Source of the DNA: Patescibacteria group bacterium
GTDB lineage: Bacteria; Patescibacteriota; JACPGU01
NCBI GenBank assembly: GCA_028718745.1
Contig: JAQULF010000003.1
Location: 160 to 64,159, forward strand
Length of the DNA stretch: 64,000 bases
Reading direction: 5' to 3'
Made by a program: the position numbers and the translations under genes. Positions 19,412-29,897 of this stretch are shown here, piece after piece (positions within the stretch are counted from its first letter, which is position 1; every line of letters begins with the position of its first letter). The notes beneath the pieces were generated by a model that searched no databases, was not told where the DNA came from, and saw nothing but the letters and a program-made list of their open reading frames with translations.

Positions 19412-20542
19412 TTACCTATCGCTAAGTTCGTTAAGAGCTTCCAAAGTTTCCTTCGCGCACTTTTCCCACGAAAACTCCTCCGCTAGTTCATAGCCACGCC
19501 GCACCATTCCCTCTCGTTTTCTTTTATCTTTGAGAACTTTGGTAATTGCCAGACATATTTCATCTGTTTTATTTGGATTAACAAGTACGGCTGCATCTTT
19601 AAATAGTTCCTGAAAAACCGGAATATCAGAAGCCACCACCGGCAAGCCCGCTAAAAAAGCTTCTACTACCGGAATTCCAAAACCTTCATAGCTGGAAATA
19701 AAAGTGAAAAGCTTGGCATTATGCAGTAAATAATCTTTTTCTTCTTCCTTCACATATCCGGTAAAAACCACCCTTCCCTGCAAATTATATTTGGCAATTA
19801 ATTCATCTACCAATTCATAATCCTTATTTTTACTGCCAGCCAAAACTAACTGTAAATCGGCTCCAGTTGATAAAACCTCATAAAAAGCTTTGATTAGATT
19901 GGCGATATTTTTCTTTTTTTCAACCCGGCCGATAAATAAAAGAAAAGGTTTGGTAATTTTAAATTTCTCCGCAATCACTTCCCATTTGACATCCTGATAA
20001 TTTTCCTTTTTATTAATCGGAGCGTCGTAGCCCAAATAAATCACTTTAATCTTATCTTCGCGCGCTCCATAAAATTTTATCAGATCATCTTTAGTGGTTT
20101 GCGATATGGTAATTATCTTGTCGGCAATCATCAGCGAATAGCGGGTCGAGAAATCCAGATAATATCGATCAAAAGCCGAATAGCTTTCCGGAAAATACTT
20201 GAAGGCCAAATCGTGAATAGTAGCCACCTTTTTCCCCGGAAATGGAAGCAGCGGCAAAACATGGGCCGGAATAAACATTAGATCCAACCGATCTTTCCAT
20301 AATTGAGCCGGCAAGCGAATCTGCGACCATAATCTGGGGAAAGGAATCTCTTTCAAACGAAAATTAGCCGGTAATTCCAAAAGCTCCAAGTCATTAGCTT
20401 TGGGCGTGTATAAAACATAAGCGTTATGCCCGGGATCATTTGGCCCATCTATTTTTTTTAGCCAATGAATCAGTTTGGAAGAATAGATTTCTATTCCCGT
20501 TTTATTTTTCAAATTTTGCCTGACATCGATGCCGATTAACAT
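19412..20542 (-). CDS. Glycosyltransferase family 4 (GT-B)
   Basis: TIHDLAF, FIGRVEKKKN, YEGFGIPVVEAF..G.PVVASD. Confidence 0.92.
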   Translation of the reverse strand: MLIGIDVRQNLKNKTGIEIYSSKLIHWLKKIDGPNDPGHNAYVLYTPKANDLELLELPANFRLKEIPFPRLWSQIRLPAQLWKDRLDLMFIPAHVLPLLPFPGKKVATIHDLAFKYFPESYSAFDRYYLDFSTRYSLMIADKIITISQTTKDDLIKFYGAREDKIKVIYLGYDAPINKKENYQDVKWEVIAEKFKITKPFLLFIGRVEKKKNIANLIKAFYEVLSTGADLQLVLAGSKNKDYELVDELIAKYNLQGRVVFTGYVKEEEKDYLLHNAKLFTFISSYEGFGIPVVEAFLAGLPVVASDIPVFQELFKDAAVLVNPNKTDEICLAITKVLKDKRKREGMVRRGYELAEEFSWEKCAKETLEALNELSDR

Positions 20543-20714
20543 TTTTTTATTATACAATAAAAAAATAAAATTCTAAATCCCAATTTCTAAATTCTAAATA
20601 ATGTCAAATTTCAAATCTTTGATTCTATATTTTTTGAATTTTGTATTTGAGATTTGTTTAGGATCTAGTGCTTAGAATTTGGAATTTACTTATTTTTATG
20701 ATAAAATAAGTTTT

Positions 20715-22082
20715 ATGAGCAAAAAGAGGAAGTTATTCCTAAAATTTTTATATTACTTTTTTATTTCCCTAGTTTTATTAGCCTTAGCCGCCGTATGCTT
20801 GGGTATTATTTTTTATGCCTCGGGATACCAATTCAACTGGAAAGCCAGGAAGATAGAAAAAACCGGTATGTTGATGATCAATTCCCAAGAAGATAGTCTG
20901 AAAATTTTTATTGATAAAAAACAAGTCGAGGCTGTTCAAAGCCGATCGGTTGTAGTTCTTTCTTCCAGTTACACTTTGACTATCCTTCCGGGAGAATATG
21001 ATTTGGAAATTCAAAAAGACGGTCGCATACCTTATGATGAACGAATTAAAATAGAACCCGAACTGGTAACTAAAATCAGTGATGTCCTGCTGCTGCCGGA
21101 CAAAATCTCTGACGAAAATATCTTAACTCGTGAAATGACTAGTTATTCTTTTTCTCCGGATAATAAAAAAATTGTTTATCAAACTCCGGATAATAAAGTT
21201 TTGACCTACAACATTAATACAGCCGGAGAAAAAATGCTGGATGAGAAAACTATTCCGGAAAAAATTGCCTCCTATACTTGGGAGGTGAATAGTGGTAGAG
21301 TGGCTTTGAAAATTAATAAAAAAGAAGGAAATTATTATTATATTTTGGATCCGGAAAACCTGCAAAATTCTTTCTTTTTACAGGATAAAGTGTCTTCTTC
21401 GCTTTTTTTTGATAGTATCTATTTTTCTAATTTTAATCCTGATGAATTTTTTGGAATTAATAAAAACACTCTTTATAAAATTAATACCCATTCATCACAG
21501 ACGGAAAAAATAGCTGATGATATCAGTCATTTTATCCAAAAGAAAAGTTTCTTCTATTTTTTGGATAAAGATGCTTCACTAATTCAGTATGATCCGAGAA
21601 GTTATAGAGCCACTATCATTTTGGAAAAGTTTGAACTGTCCGATGATTTTGACCTTGTAGAATTAAATAATGCGGGCGATATTTTTATCAAAAACAAAGG
21701 CACCCTCTATAAGATTAATGACAAAAATGACCTGGCGCTAATAGATAAAGCCGTAGAAGATCTAGTCGCCGCGGAGAGTCAAAACCAATTTTTATATACC
21801 AGAGAGTTTGAAATTTGGATTTATGATAGCAACACCAAACAGAGCAAAATGGTCACCCGTTTCAGTAAAAAAATTGAAAATTTGCAAGAATTTTTTAACA
21901 GCCGCTACCTTATCTATCAGCAAGGCAAAGATATCGAGGCGATAAAAAAGGACGGCAAAAATAATCAGACCGTTCATAATGATGTGGAAAATGTTAGAGT
22001 CTTTGACAAGAATAAAATTATCGTGGTAGAGCAGAAAGACAATCAAAAGGTTTTTAAGATTATTGACCTAACAGTGAAGTAG
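20715..22082 (+). CDS. PEGA-domain membrane-anchored protein with beta-propeller-like C-terminus
   Basis: N-terminal TM, YASGYQF..KTGML, LPGEYDLEIQKDG, FSPDNKKIVY; start at MSKKRK. Confidence 0.65.
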   Translation: MSKKRKLFLKFLYYFFISLVLLALAAVCLGIIFYASGYQFNWKARKIEKTGMLMINSQEDSLKIFIDKKQVEAVQSRSVVVLSSSYTLTILPGEYDLEIQKDGRIPYDERIKIEPELVTKISDVLLLPDKISDENILTREMTSYSFSPDNKKIVYQTPDNKVLTYNINTAGEKMLDEKTIPEKIASYTWEVNSGRVALKINKKEGNYYYILDPENLQNSFFLQDKVSSSLFFDSIYFSNFNPDEFFGINKNTLYKINTHSSQTEKIADDISHFIQKKSFFYFLDKDASLIQYDPRSYRATIILEKFELSDDFDLVELNNAGDIFIKNKGTLYKINDKNDLALIDKAVEDLVAAESQNQFLYTREFEIWIYDSNTKQSKMVTRFSKKIENLQEFFNSRYLIYQQGKDIEAIKKDGKNNQTVHNDVENVRVFDKNKIIVVEQKDNQKVFKIIDLTVK

Positions 22083-22797
22083 CAACTTTCTTTCTCAATT
22101 TATTATTTTTGGGATCAGGATCTACTTGAGAAGCTCGAACTACTAGCCGCTTATAATTGGTTCCCACCGGCGTACAGGTCATCAAAGATAAAATTGATTC
22201 ATTATCGTTTTGATTCAAAACGCTCAACTCTTTGGGTGAAACTACCTTCATATCAAAGACTTTGTATGTATATCGATTACCTCCATAATTTACATAAATA
22301 ATATCCCCTACAACTAATTTATCCAAAATACTGAAAATCGTATTAAATTTTCCATTGCTCCACCAATAATAAGATGAGTGTCCGGTAATAAAAACATTGC
22401 CCTCTTCTCCGGGAAAAGCTGTATCAAAATAATGCACTACGCCCTCTAAAAGCAATTTGTCAACCTCGGATTGAGCGCGAGTTTTGGCAAAAACTATAGG
22501 GGCTTGTACGCCGATTTTGGGTATCATCAGCGTATTATCAGGTCCGATATCTACTCCTATCTCGGGAAATTGGACTCCCCACCATTTGCCGGAGTGGTCA
22601 TCAACATAATTAACATACCACCACCATTTTACATTGTTCCAAGCCGCCGGACCATTGATAACAGCGTAGACTGCAGTAAATACAAGAATAGCGACTATAA
22701 TAAATTTCAGACTCTCAAAAACCATTCCTCCAAAAACCGCCAGTTCGCGCTTTAGCCAACGAGGAATGATGCTTTTTTTGTTTTCGTTTTGAAACAT
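22060..22797 (-). CDS. Sortase-family protein
   Basis: His-Cys-Arg triad ITGHSS / LMTCTP / RLVV; N-terminal TM. Confidence 0.9.
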   Translation of the reverse strand: MFQNENKKSIIPRWLKRELAVFGGMVFESLKFIIVAILVFTAVYAVINGPAAWNNVKWWWYVNYVDDHSGKWWGVQFPEIGVDIGPDNTLMIPKIGVQAPIVFAKTRAQSEVDKLLLEGVVHYFDTAFPGEEGNVFITGHSSYYWWSNGKFNTIFSILDKLVVGDIIYVNYGGNRYTYKVFDMKVVSPKELSVLNQNDNESILSLMTCTPVGTNYKRLVVRASQVDPDPKNNKLRKKVATSLLGQ

Positions 22798-22839
22798 AAA
22801 AAAATTTAAAAAGTAATGAATTTCGTCAATAGACCATGA

Positions 22840-23202
22840 TTAGCGTCGTAATAGTATCATTATACCAATAACTACTATGGCTATAGCTAGAAATACAATA
22901 GCTAAAATCCAACCTGTTTTAATTTCTTTAGCACTTTTATCCTTTCTGTAAGAAGGTACCAATAAACAAACTAGACCGGCTATAAACCATAAAAAAGAGA
23001 GTGGGAGTAATATAACTGAACCCTGTGCATGATATGTTGTTGGTGCTTTTGACCCAATCAAGACTACTCCTATTAATTCAATTATAACCGCTATTAACAT
23101 AGTCAATCTAATATCCATGTCTTTCAGGCGCACATATCTTTTCTCTCTTCTCTTTTCTACAGACCCGTTAGTATTATTTACTGGCAATTCTGGTTCTATC
23201 AT
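22840..23202 (-). CDS. Small 3-TM membrane protein
   Basis: Three hydrophobic segments in a 120-aa ORF. Confidence 0.55.
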   Translation of the reverse strand: MIEPELPVNNTNGSVEKRREKRYVRLKDMDIRLTMLIAVIIELIGVVLIGSKAPTTYHAQGSVILLPLSFLWFIAGLVCLLVPSYRKDKSAKEIKTGWILAIVFLAIAIVVIGIMILLRR

Positions 23203-23251
23203 AGTTTTTATTTTAATTGTATTTTATTTTATTGGTATAACAACATATTAA

Positions 23252-23314
23252 TGCCGTCGGTGGGAGTTGAACCCACATGGTATTGCTACCACACGATTTT
23301 GAGTCGTGCGCGTC
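23252..23314 (-). pseudogene. 3' portion of a second tRNA-Leu(CAA) copy
   Basis: Anticodon and variable arms identical to the adjacent tRNA; T-arm nearly identical; different acceptor 3' end (CCGACGGCA). Confidence 0.8.
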
Positions 23315-23326
23315 CTGTATAAGAAA

Positions 23327-23410
23327 TGGCCGAAGTGGGGGTCGAACCCACATGGTATTGCTACCACACGATTTTGAGTCGTGCGCGTCTGCCAGTTCCG
23401 CCATTCGGCC
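23327..23410 (-). tRNA. tRNA-Leu(CAA)
   Basis: GGCCGAA-TGGCGGAACTGGCAGACGC-GCACGA-CT CAA AA-TCGTG, long variable arm, GGGTTCGACCCC, TTCGGCC-A; complete cloverleaf. Confidence 0.95.
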
Positions 23411-23429
23411 ATTTTCTATACAGGATAAA

Positions 23430-23522
23430 TCTGCCAGCCTGCCCGTCCGAAACTCGCACTGGCAATAACAGAATGTAATTCGTTTTGCCAGTAAGAGTGT
23501 AGGCGGGTTCCGCTATCTCGGC
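23430..23522 (-). pseudogene. 5' portion of a tRNA-Leu-like sequence interrupted by a 70-nt hairpin insertion
   Basis: Minus strand reads GCCGAGATAGCGGAA[70 nt]CTGGCAGA. Confidence 0.6.
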
Positions 23523-23648
23523 CGAAAACTAATTCAAAAACTATTATACTATAAAGTAAATCTTTTTCCAATAAAATATCCTTCTTTCCCTCTTGCCCTC
23601 TACTCTTTTCTAATATAAGATAAGATTATATCAAACAAAAACAAACTT

Positions 23649-25277
23649 ATGTTTTCTTTATTTGCAAAAAAAGCAATACCGGTTAAAGAAAGAATCACCA
23701 AAAAACCGCATCCGGTTGTTCTAATTATTTTGGACGGTTATGGTATCTCTCCTATTCGCGAAGGAAATGCAGTCTGGAATGCCAATACACCCAATCTGGA
23801 TTCTTACGAAAAAAAATACCCAAAAGCGCTTTTGCATACGGCTGGAAATGAAGTTGGCCTTCCTTATGGTGAATTTGGCAATAGCGAAGTTGGACATTTA
23901 AATATTGGTTCGGGTCGAGTAGTTTATCAGCCATTGCTGCGAGTTTCCAATGAAATTGAAGCTGGAAATTTATATAACAACGAGGCGATGGACGGCATCA
24001 AAAAACATCTTAAAAAAACCGGGGGTGCATTGCATCTGATGGGACTTCTCTCCCCCGGCGGCGTTCATTCTCATATTGAACATCTTTTTGCAATTCTTGA
24101 TTGGTGCAAAGATAACAAAATCAAGAAAATATTTATTCATGTTTTTACCGACGGAAGGGATGCCCCGCAAAAATCCGGCGCGGAATACATAGAAGATTTA
24201 ATTAAAAAAATTGAAGAGCTAAATATCAATGCTCAAATAGCCTCTCTCTCCGGACGATATTTTGCTATGGATAGAGATCGCCACTGGGATAGATTAAAAA
24301 AGGCTTATCAGGCCTGGATTGGAACGGGGAAAAATAGAAACGATAATCCTTCCGATGCAATCACTGAAAGCTACAAAGAGAAAAAAACGGATGAATTTCT
24401 AGATCCCGTTGTTATAACCGATAAAGATGGCAAACCACTGGGGCCAATATCTGGCGGGAATGCTTTATTAATGTTCAACCTTCGTCCGGACAGATCTCGC
24501 CAAACCTTAATGTCTTTTGTAAGCAACTCATTTGGCAGTTTCAAAACTAAAAAAATTGACGATCTTTTTGTGGCAACCTTGACCGAATATGATCCAAAGC
24601 TAAAAGCAAAAGTGGTATTCCCGGAAAAAGATATTAAAAATCCCTTGGGCGAGATATTATCAAAAAAAGGTCTGAAACAATTTCATATTGCCGAAACAGA
24701 AAAATACGCGCATGTCACTTATTTCTTTAACGGCGGCCGAGAAAAACCTTTCAAGGGAGAAACCAGAGTTATAGTCCCTTCGCCTTCTGTTCCAACTTAT
24801 GATAAAAAACCGGAAATGAGCTGTGAAAAAATTGCTATCAGAGTTTTGGAAGAATTGGAAAAAGGAAAAGAAGATTTTTTCGTAATTAATTTTGCCAATG
24901 CCGATATGGTCGGACATACCGGAAATTATAAAGCGATTCTAAAAGCCGTGGAAGCGGTTGATCAATGTGTTGGAAAAATAGTCGAAAAAACTTTGATCCT
25001 TGGCGGAGCAGCAATAATCACAGCCGATCATGGCAATGCCGAAGAAACTATTAATTCTCAATCGAGCGAAAAAGACACGGAACATAATATCTATCCGGCT
25101 CCTTTTATTGTCATCAGCCACGATTTGGAAAATAAAAAAGAAACCTTGAACTTCAAAGAAGCTATTTCCGAACCGATTGGTTCGCTAGCTGACATAGCAC
25201 CAACTATTTTGGATTTAATGGGAATAGAACAACCTACGGATATGACGGGGATAAGTTTGTTGAACAGCTTGAAATAA
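23649..25277 (+). CDS. gpmI: 2,3-bisphosphoglycerate-independent phosphoglycerate mutase
   Basis: LIILDGYG, GNSEVGH.NIGSGR, GRYFAMDRD, AETEKYAHVTYFFNGG, DMVGHTG, TADHGNAE. Confidence 0.97.
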   Translation: MFSLFAKKAIPVKERITKKPHPVVLIILDGYGISPIREGNAVWNANTPNLDSYEKKYPKALLHTAGNEVGLPYGEFGNSEVGHLNIGSGRVVYQPLLRVSNEIEAGNLYNNEAMDGIKKHLKKTGGALHLMGLLSPGGVHSHIEHLFAILDWCKDNKIKKIFIHVFTDGRDAPQKSGAEYIEDLIKKIEELNINAQIASLSGRYFAMDRDRHWDRLKKAYQAWIGTGKNRNDNPSDAITESYKEKKTDEFLDPVVITDKDGKPLGPISGGNALLMFNLRPDRSRQTLMSFVSNSFGSFKTKKIDDLFVATLTEYDPKLKAKVVFPEKDIKNPLGEILSKKGLKQFHIAETEKYAHVTYFFNGGREKPFKGETRVIVPSPSVPTYDKKPEMSCEKIAIRVLEELEKGKEDFFVINFANADMVGHTGNYKAILKAVEAVDQCVGKIVEKTLILGGAAIITADHGNAEETINSQSSEKDTEHNIYPAPFIVISHDLENKKETLNFKEAISEPIGSLADIAPTILDLMGIEQPTDMTGISLLNSLK

Positions 25278-25389
25278 AAGATAAAATATAAAAAATAAAA
25301 AACAAGAATTAAAAACTTAAAAATAGATTTATTTTTGCATATTTAAGTATTTGTTTTTTATCTTTTATTTTTAATTTTTTATATTTCTA

Positions 25390-27516
25390 ATGAAATCCAA
25401 CATTTTCTCTCCCAAAAGTATCGCCATCATCGGTGCTTCTCCTCACAAAAAGAAGCTTGGTTTTCAAGTTTTAAAAAATGTTATCGATGGCGGATACAAA
25501 GGGAAAATTTATCCAATTAACATTGATCCATCTATCCGTCATATTCAGTCTCATAAATCTTATTCTTCTGTCCTAAAAGTCCCAGGCAAAATCGACATGG
25601 CAGTATTTGTCATCCCGGCCAAATTTGTTCCCCAAGCTCTACAAGAATGTGGGAAGAAAAAAATAAAATTGGCTGTAATAATTTCTGCAGGTTTCAAAGA
25701 AGTTGGCGGTGAGGGCGTTGAACTTGAAAAACAGATTTTGAAAATCGCCAAAAAATCCGGAATAAGAATATTGGGGCCGAATTGCCTTGGTTTTATAAAT
25801 ACTAAAATAAAATTGAACGCTTCTTTTGCCCCTTCAATGCCTTCTGATGGAAATGTTGCAGTGGTATCCCAATCAGGTGCAATTTGTACTGCGATTCTGG
25901 ATTGGGCAAGCAAAAACCACATTGGTTTCTCAAAATTTTTCTCTTTGGGCAATAAATCTGATATCACAGAATTAGACCTTCTCCCCTATTTGGCCTCCGA
26001 CAAACAAACGAGCGTGATAACATCTTATCTTGAAAATGTTGCCGGAAATAATGGCGGTGATGATTTTCGAGGAGTAGCCGAAAAAACTACCCTCAAAAAA
26101 CCAGTCGTAATTTTGAAGGCTGGAATCAGCGAGAAGGGTGCCGCCGCAATTTCATCGCACACTGGATCGCTTGCCGGATCAAATCAAGCTATCTCATCTC
26201 TTTTTAAGCAGAGTGGGGTTATTCGCGCTAATTCTCTTGAAGATCTTTTCGATTATGCAGAAGCTTTTTCTTTGTTGAAAGCTCCAACCGGAAATCGCGT
26301 TGCAATTATTACCAATGCCGGCGGACCGGGAGTTATGACTACGGATGCGATTGAGGGGACAAAATTAGAATTGGCAACTTTAACAAATGAAACCCAAGAG
26401 AAGCTAAAAAAAGTTTTGCCACCGGCGGCGAATATTCACAATCCTATTGACCTCGTTGGAGATGCTGATGATCTTCGCTACAAAAACGCTTTAAACATTA
26501 TTGAAACGGATAAAAATGTTGATTCAATTTTAGTTTTATTAACACCCCAGACTTCCACAAAAATAGAAGCTACCGCTGAATTAGTTTTAAAGAAAATAAA
26601 GAAAAGTAGTAAAACAATTATTCCAATTTTTATGGGAGGCAAAAGAGCTAATCATGGCATTGATATTTTTGAGAAAAATCATTCTGCAGTTTTCGAATAT
26701 CCCGAGCGCGCCGTTAAAGCTTTGGAAAAAATATCTTTCTGCCAATCGTGTGAGATGGGAATACGAAAAATCTACCCACCCAAGATTTTAAAAATAAAAA
26801 AATCAAGGAAAAATAAAGTTAACAAAATTATTGTAGGGGCACGGCGTGCCGTGCCCGAAAATCAACCCACCTTAATTGCTGGTTCAACCGCTGATGAGAT
26901 TTTAAAACAATATGATATTCCGATTTTGAAATCTTCTCTCGCAAAAGCGAGAAGTGAAGCAATCAAAAAAAGTAAAAAAATCGGCTTTCCCGTTGTTTTT
27001 AAAATTGATTCTCCCGATATCATCCATAAAAGCGATGTGGGCGGAGTAATCGTCGGAATAAAAAATGAAAAAGAAGCCGGCGTCGCTTTTTCAAAAATAA
27101 TGTCAAATATAAAAAGGAATGCTCCTCGCGCCAAAATCAATGGCATTATGATTTATGAAATGGTATCCCTTGGAATTGAATTTTTTATCGGAGCAAAAAG
27201 AGACCCGACTTATGGCCCTTTAGTTGGTTTTGGGTTGGGCGGTGTTTTCGTAGAGATTCTCAAAGATGTTTCTTTCCGCCTCGCTCCCCTATCTTACTTT
27301 GACATTGATAAAATGATTGGAGAATTAAAATCTGCAAAAATAATTTCCGGCGCTCGCGGTAAAGGTTCACTGGACAAAAAAGGTATCGTTGATGCGCTAA
27401 TTAAAGTTTCCAATCTCATGATCAACCACCCACAAATTTCTGAACTTGATATCAACCCCCTAGCAGTTTTTGAAAATCGCGTTGTGGCGGTAGATAATCG
27501 GTTAATTATTTTGTAG
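25390..27516 (+). CDS. Acetate/acyl-CoA ligase (ADP-forming), fused alpha-beta
   Basis: PKSIAIIGAS, GPNCLG, SQSGA, SHTGSLAG phospho-His, NAGGPG, ATP-grasp HKSDVGGV, ELDINPL. Confidence 0.93.
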   Translation: MKSNIFSPKSIAIIGASPHKKKLGFQVLKNVIDGGYKGKIYPINIDPSIRHIQSHKSYSSVLKVPGKIDMAVFVIPAKFVPQALQECGKKKIKLAVIISAGFKEVGGEGVELEKQILKIAKKSGIRILGPNCLGFINTKIKLNASFAPSMPSDGNVAVVSQSGAICTAILDWASKNHIGFSKFFSLGNKSDITELDLLPYLASDKQTSVITSYLENVAGNNGGDDFRGVAEKTTLKKPVVILKAGISEKGAAAISSHTGSLAGSNQAISSLFKQSGVIRANSLEDLFDYAEAFSLLKAPTGNRVAIITNAGGPGVMTTDAIEGTKLELATLTNETQEKLKKVLPPAANIHNPIDLVGDADDLRYKNALNIIETDKNVDSILVLLTPQTSTKIEATAELVLKKIKKSSKTIIPIFMGGKRANHGIDIFEKNHSAVFEYPERAVKALEKISFCQSCEMGIRKIYPPKILKIKKSRKNKVNKIIVGARRAVPENQPTLIAGSTADEILKQYDIPILKSSLAKARSEAIKKSKKIGFPVVFKIDSPDIIHKSDVGGVIVGIKNEKEAGVAFSKIMSNIKRNAPRAKINGIMIYEMVSLGIEFFIGAKRDPTYGPLVGFGLGGVFVEILKDVSFRLAPLSYFDIDKMIGELKSAKIISGARGKGSLDKKGIVDALIKVSNLMINHPQISELDINPLAVFENRVVAVDNRLIIL
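26833..26856 (+). repeat. GTAG-type REP inside the acyl-CoA ligase gene
   Basis: GTAGGGGCACGGCGTGCCGTGCCC, encoding VGARRAVP. Confidence 0.8.
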
Positions 27517-27587
27517 AAAACAAAAGGCCCGACTTTTTTGTCGAGACCTTTCAGGAAAATTTATTGTTGAGAATTGCAATCGGGTCA

Positions 27588-27866
27588 CTAATACCCGATT
27601 TTTATTATTACCCCCTCCCATTTTTTTTCTTCTTCTTTTCTTTTTTTCTCGATTCGGCGGATCCTATTTCCCCTTCTGCGCGCCGCTCTTATTTCTTCAT
27701 TTGTCAGAAGACGCCCCTTCCTTTTCACTTCTTCTTCCGGATACAGGCTTTTCGGTAAAAAAGATGCTCTTTCCACCGGAACCATTCTTCTCCATGAGCG
27801 CTGGTATCTGTTTATTTCTGCCGCTCTCATTTCCCCTGCTTTTGCAAGTGCAGAATTTCTCTTCAA
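27588..27866 (-). CDS. Small basic hypothetical protein
   Basis: AAGGAGGTGA RBS upstream of TTG at 27866; Arg/Lys-rich ORF. Confidence 0.5.
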   Translation of the reverse strand: MKRNSALAKAGEMRAAEINRYQRSWRRMVPVERASFLPKSLYPEEEVKRKGRLLTNEEIRAARRRGNRIRRIEKKRKEEEKKWEGVIIKIGY

Positions 27867-27935
27867 ATCACTCACCTCCTTTGTTAAATGACATTTTTTC
27901 TTATTCTATCAAAAAAATATATTTATATCAAATCT

Positions 27936-27996
27936 TTGGAATGACGAACGATAGTTCGTTAATTTGAAAATGACAGACTATCGTCTGTCACTCCAA
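27936..27996. repeat. REP pair (TGGARTGAC family)
   Basis: TTGGAATGACGAACGATAGTTCGTTA and TGACAGACTATCGTCTGTCACTCCAA. Confidence 0.85.
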
Positions 27997-28049
27997 ACTC
28001 AAATAAAAAAACATTTGCTATTTGACATTATAATTTAAAACTTAGAAAT

Positions 28050-29774
28050 TTATTTTAGGTCTTCTATTTTCAATTCCAGCGTCCGCCTGCTCCCCCAAAC
28101 ATTCTCCGTAATTTTATAGACCACATCTATATCTTTTCCGTAATAAAATTGGTCCCCCATTTCTCCGTGGTTGAAAAGGATGGCGGAAAATTCTACACCG
28201 TCTTTAATTAATTTTAATTTTGTATGAGTATTTTCTTTGCCCACTTTTTTCGCTTCTTTTACTTTGACGCCATGAGTAATGAATATCGGTTCGGGATTTT
28301 TATCACCGAATGGCTCGAATTTTTTAATCTCATCAAATAATTTTTTTGTAATATCCTTAAATTCAATTTCTTTTTCTATATTGAGAAATGAAATCAGATC
28401 TTCGTCCTTTAATTTTCCCTCTCCATATTGAGATACCTGCGTTTGGAAAAGTTCATAGTCCTCTGTTTTCAAAGAAAATCCGCCCGCACCTTTGTGTCCA
28501 CCATAATTAATAAATATCTTTTCAAAAATCGAGAGCGTTTCTATGACATTAAATTCTACATCTGAACGAACCGAACCTTTAATTAGATCTTTATCTTGAG
28601 ACATGGCAAATACCGGCCGGGAAAATTCCCCTGAAATTCTTCCGGCAATTAATCCGATAATCCCCGAAGACCATTTTTCATCTTTTAATAAAATTATTTT
28701 TTCAATTTCTTTTTTCTTATATTCCGATTTAATGCTATCAACTATTTTTGAAACCACTTCTTGCCTTTCGCGATTTAGTTTTTCCAGCCGCATCGCCAAC
28801 ACTCCCGCTTCCCCCTCATCACGAGTTAAAAGTAATTCAAGGGCGAGGGCCGCGTGCGCCATTCTACCGGCAGCGTTAAGCCGGGGGGCGATTTGGTAAC
28901 CAATCATGTAGGGATTAGAGTTTTTTAAATCTACCTCGGCAACTTTTTCCAAAGCCTTTAATCCGGTATTGCGAGTCTTGGCCAAAACCACCAAACCAAA
29001 ATGCGCGATGATTCTGTTTTCGCCAAGCAACGGAACAATATCGGAAACTGTTCCCAAAGCAACCAGATCCAAATACCATTTTAAATATCCTTCTGAAATA
29101 ACCTCTTTTTTTCTTTTTTTATTTATCGCGATCACCAATGCATGAGCGAGTTTGAAAGCCACCCCTACTCCGGCCAGATCCCTAAAGGAATATGTATCGT
29201 CGCTTCTTTTAGGATTTATCACAGCCACCGCATTGGGCAAAACCTTTGGCGCCTCATGATGATCGGTAACAATAATATCAATCCCTTTTTTCTTGGCGTA
29301 AACTATTTCGTCTTTATTGCTAATGCCATTATCAACTGTAATAATTAAACCTGTTTTTTTGTTGGCAAGAAAATCAATTGCTTTTTTATTTAATCCATAG
29401 CCTTCCTGCATTCTGTGGGGAATATAGAAGCTGACATTCGCTCTCGCCCCGCCTCTTGCAGGCGGGGTTAACTTTTCCAAAATTCCATAGACAACTGCAG
29501 TAGCGGTAATGCCGTCCACATCATAGTCGCCAAAGACTACGATATTTTCTTCTTTTTCAATTGCTTGGAGAATGCGTTTAACCGCTTTATCCATATCTTT
29601 GAGTAAATACGGATCCCCCATTTTTTCATAATCCGGTGAGAAAAATTCCTCCGCTTCTTTTTTATTTTTGATATCGCGATTATAAATAAGCTGAATTATA
29701 ACATCGTCCCAATCCTTGAATTGCTTTTTAAGTTCTTCATCAAATGTTTTAGCAACTTTCTAACTTTTATGCAT
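28050..29774 (-). CDS. recJ: Single-stranded DNA exonuclease RecJ; in-frame TAG at codon 5 (pseudogene, read-through or sequence error)
   Basis: GDYDVDG, EGYGL, TVDNG, TDHH, LGTVSDIVPL..ENR, GGH motifs; upstream in-frame extension MHKS*KVAKTF...NRDIK..EEFFSP joins MGDP at 29621. Confidence 0.9.
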
Positions 29775-29844
29775 AGCTATATAATAACAAAAAAACAAGA
29801 ATTAATAACTCTTGCTTTTTACCAAAAAAAATGTTTTGGCTTAA

Positions 29845-29897
29845 TTACTTACTACTTACTACTTACTACTTACTACTTACTACTTACTATTTACTAC
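29845..29897. repeat. (TACTTAC)n heptamer tandem repeat
   Basis: ttactac ttactac ttactac... abutting the ftsQ stop; similar arrays at 32311-32347 and 40860-40890. Confidence 0.85.

Noticed and set aside
23213-23468. Two 63-aa ORFs with an internal repeat; direct repeat superficially like a CRISPR unit
   Set aside because: They are translations of the tRNA-Leu and its partial copy; only two units and no cas genes.
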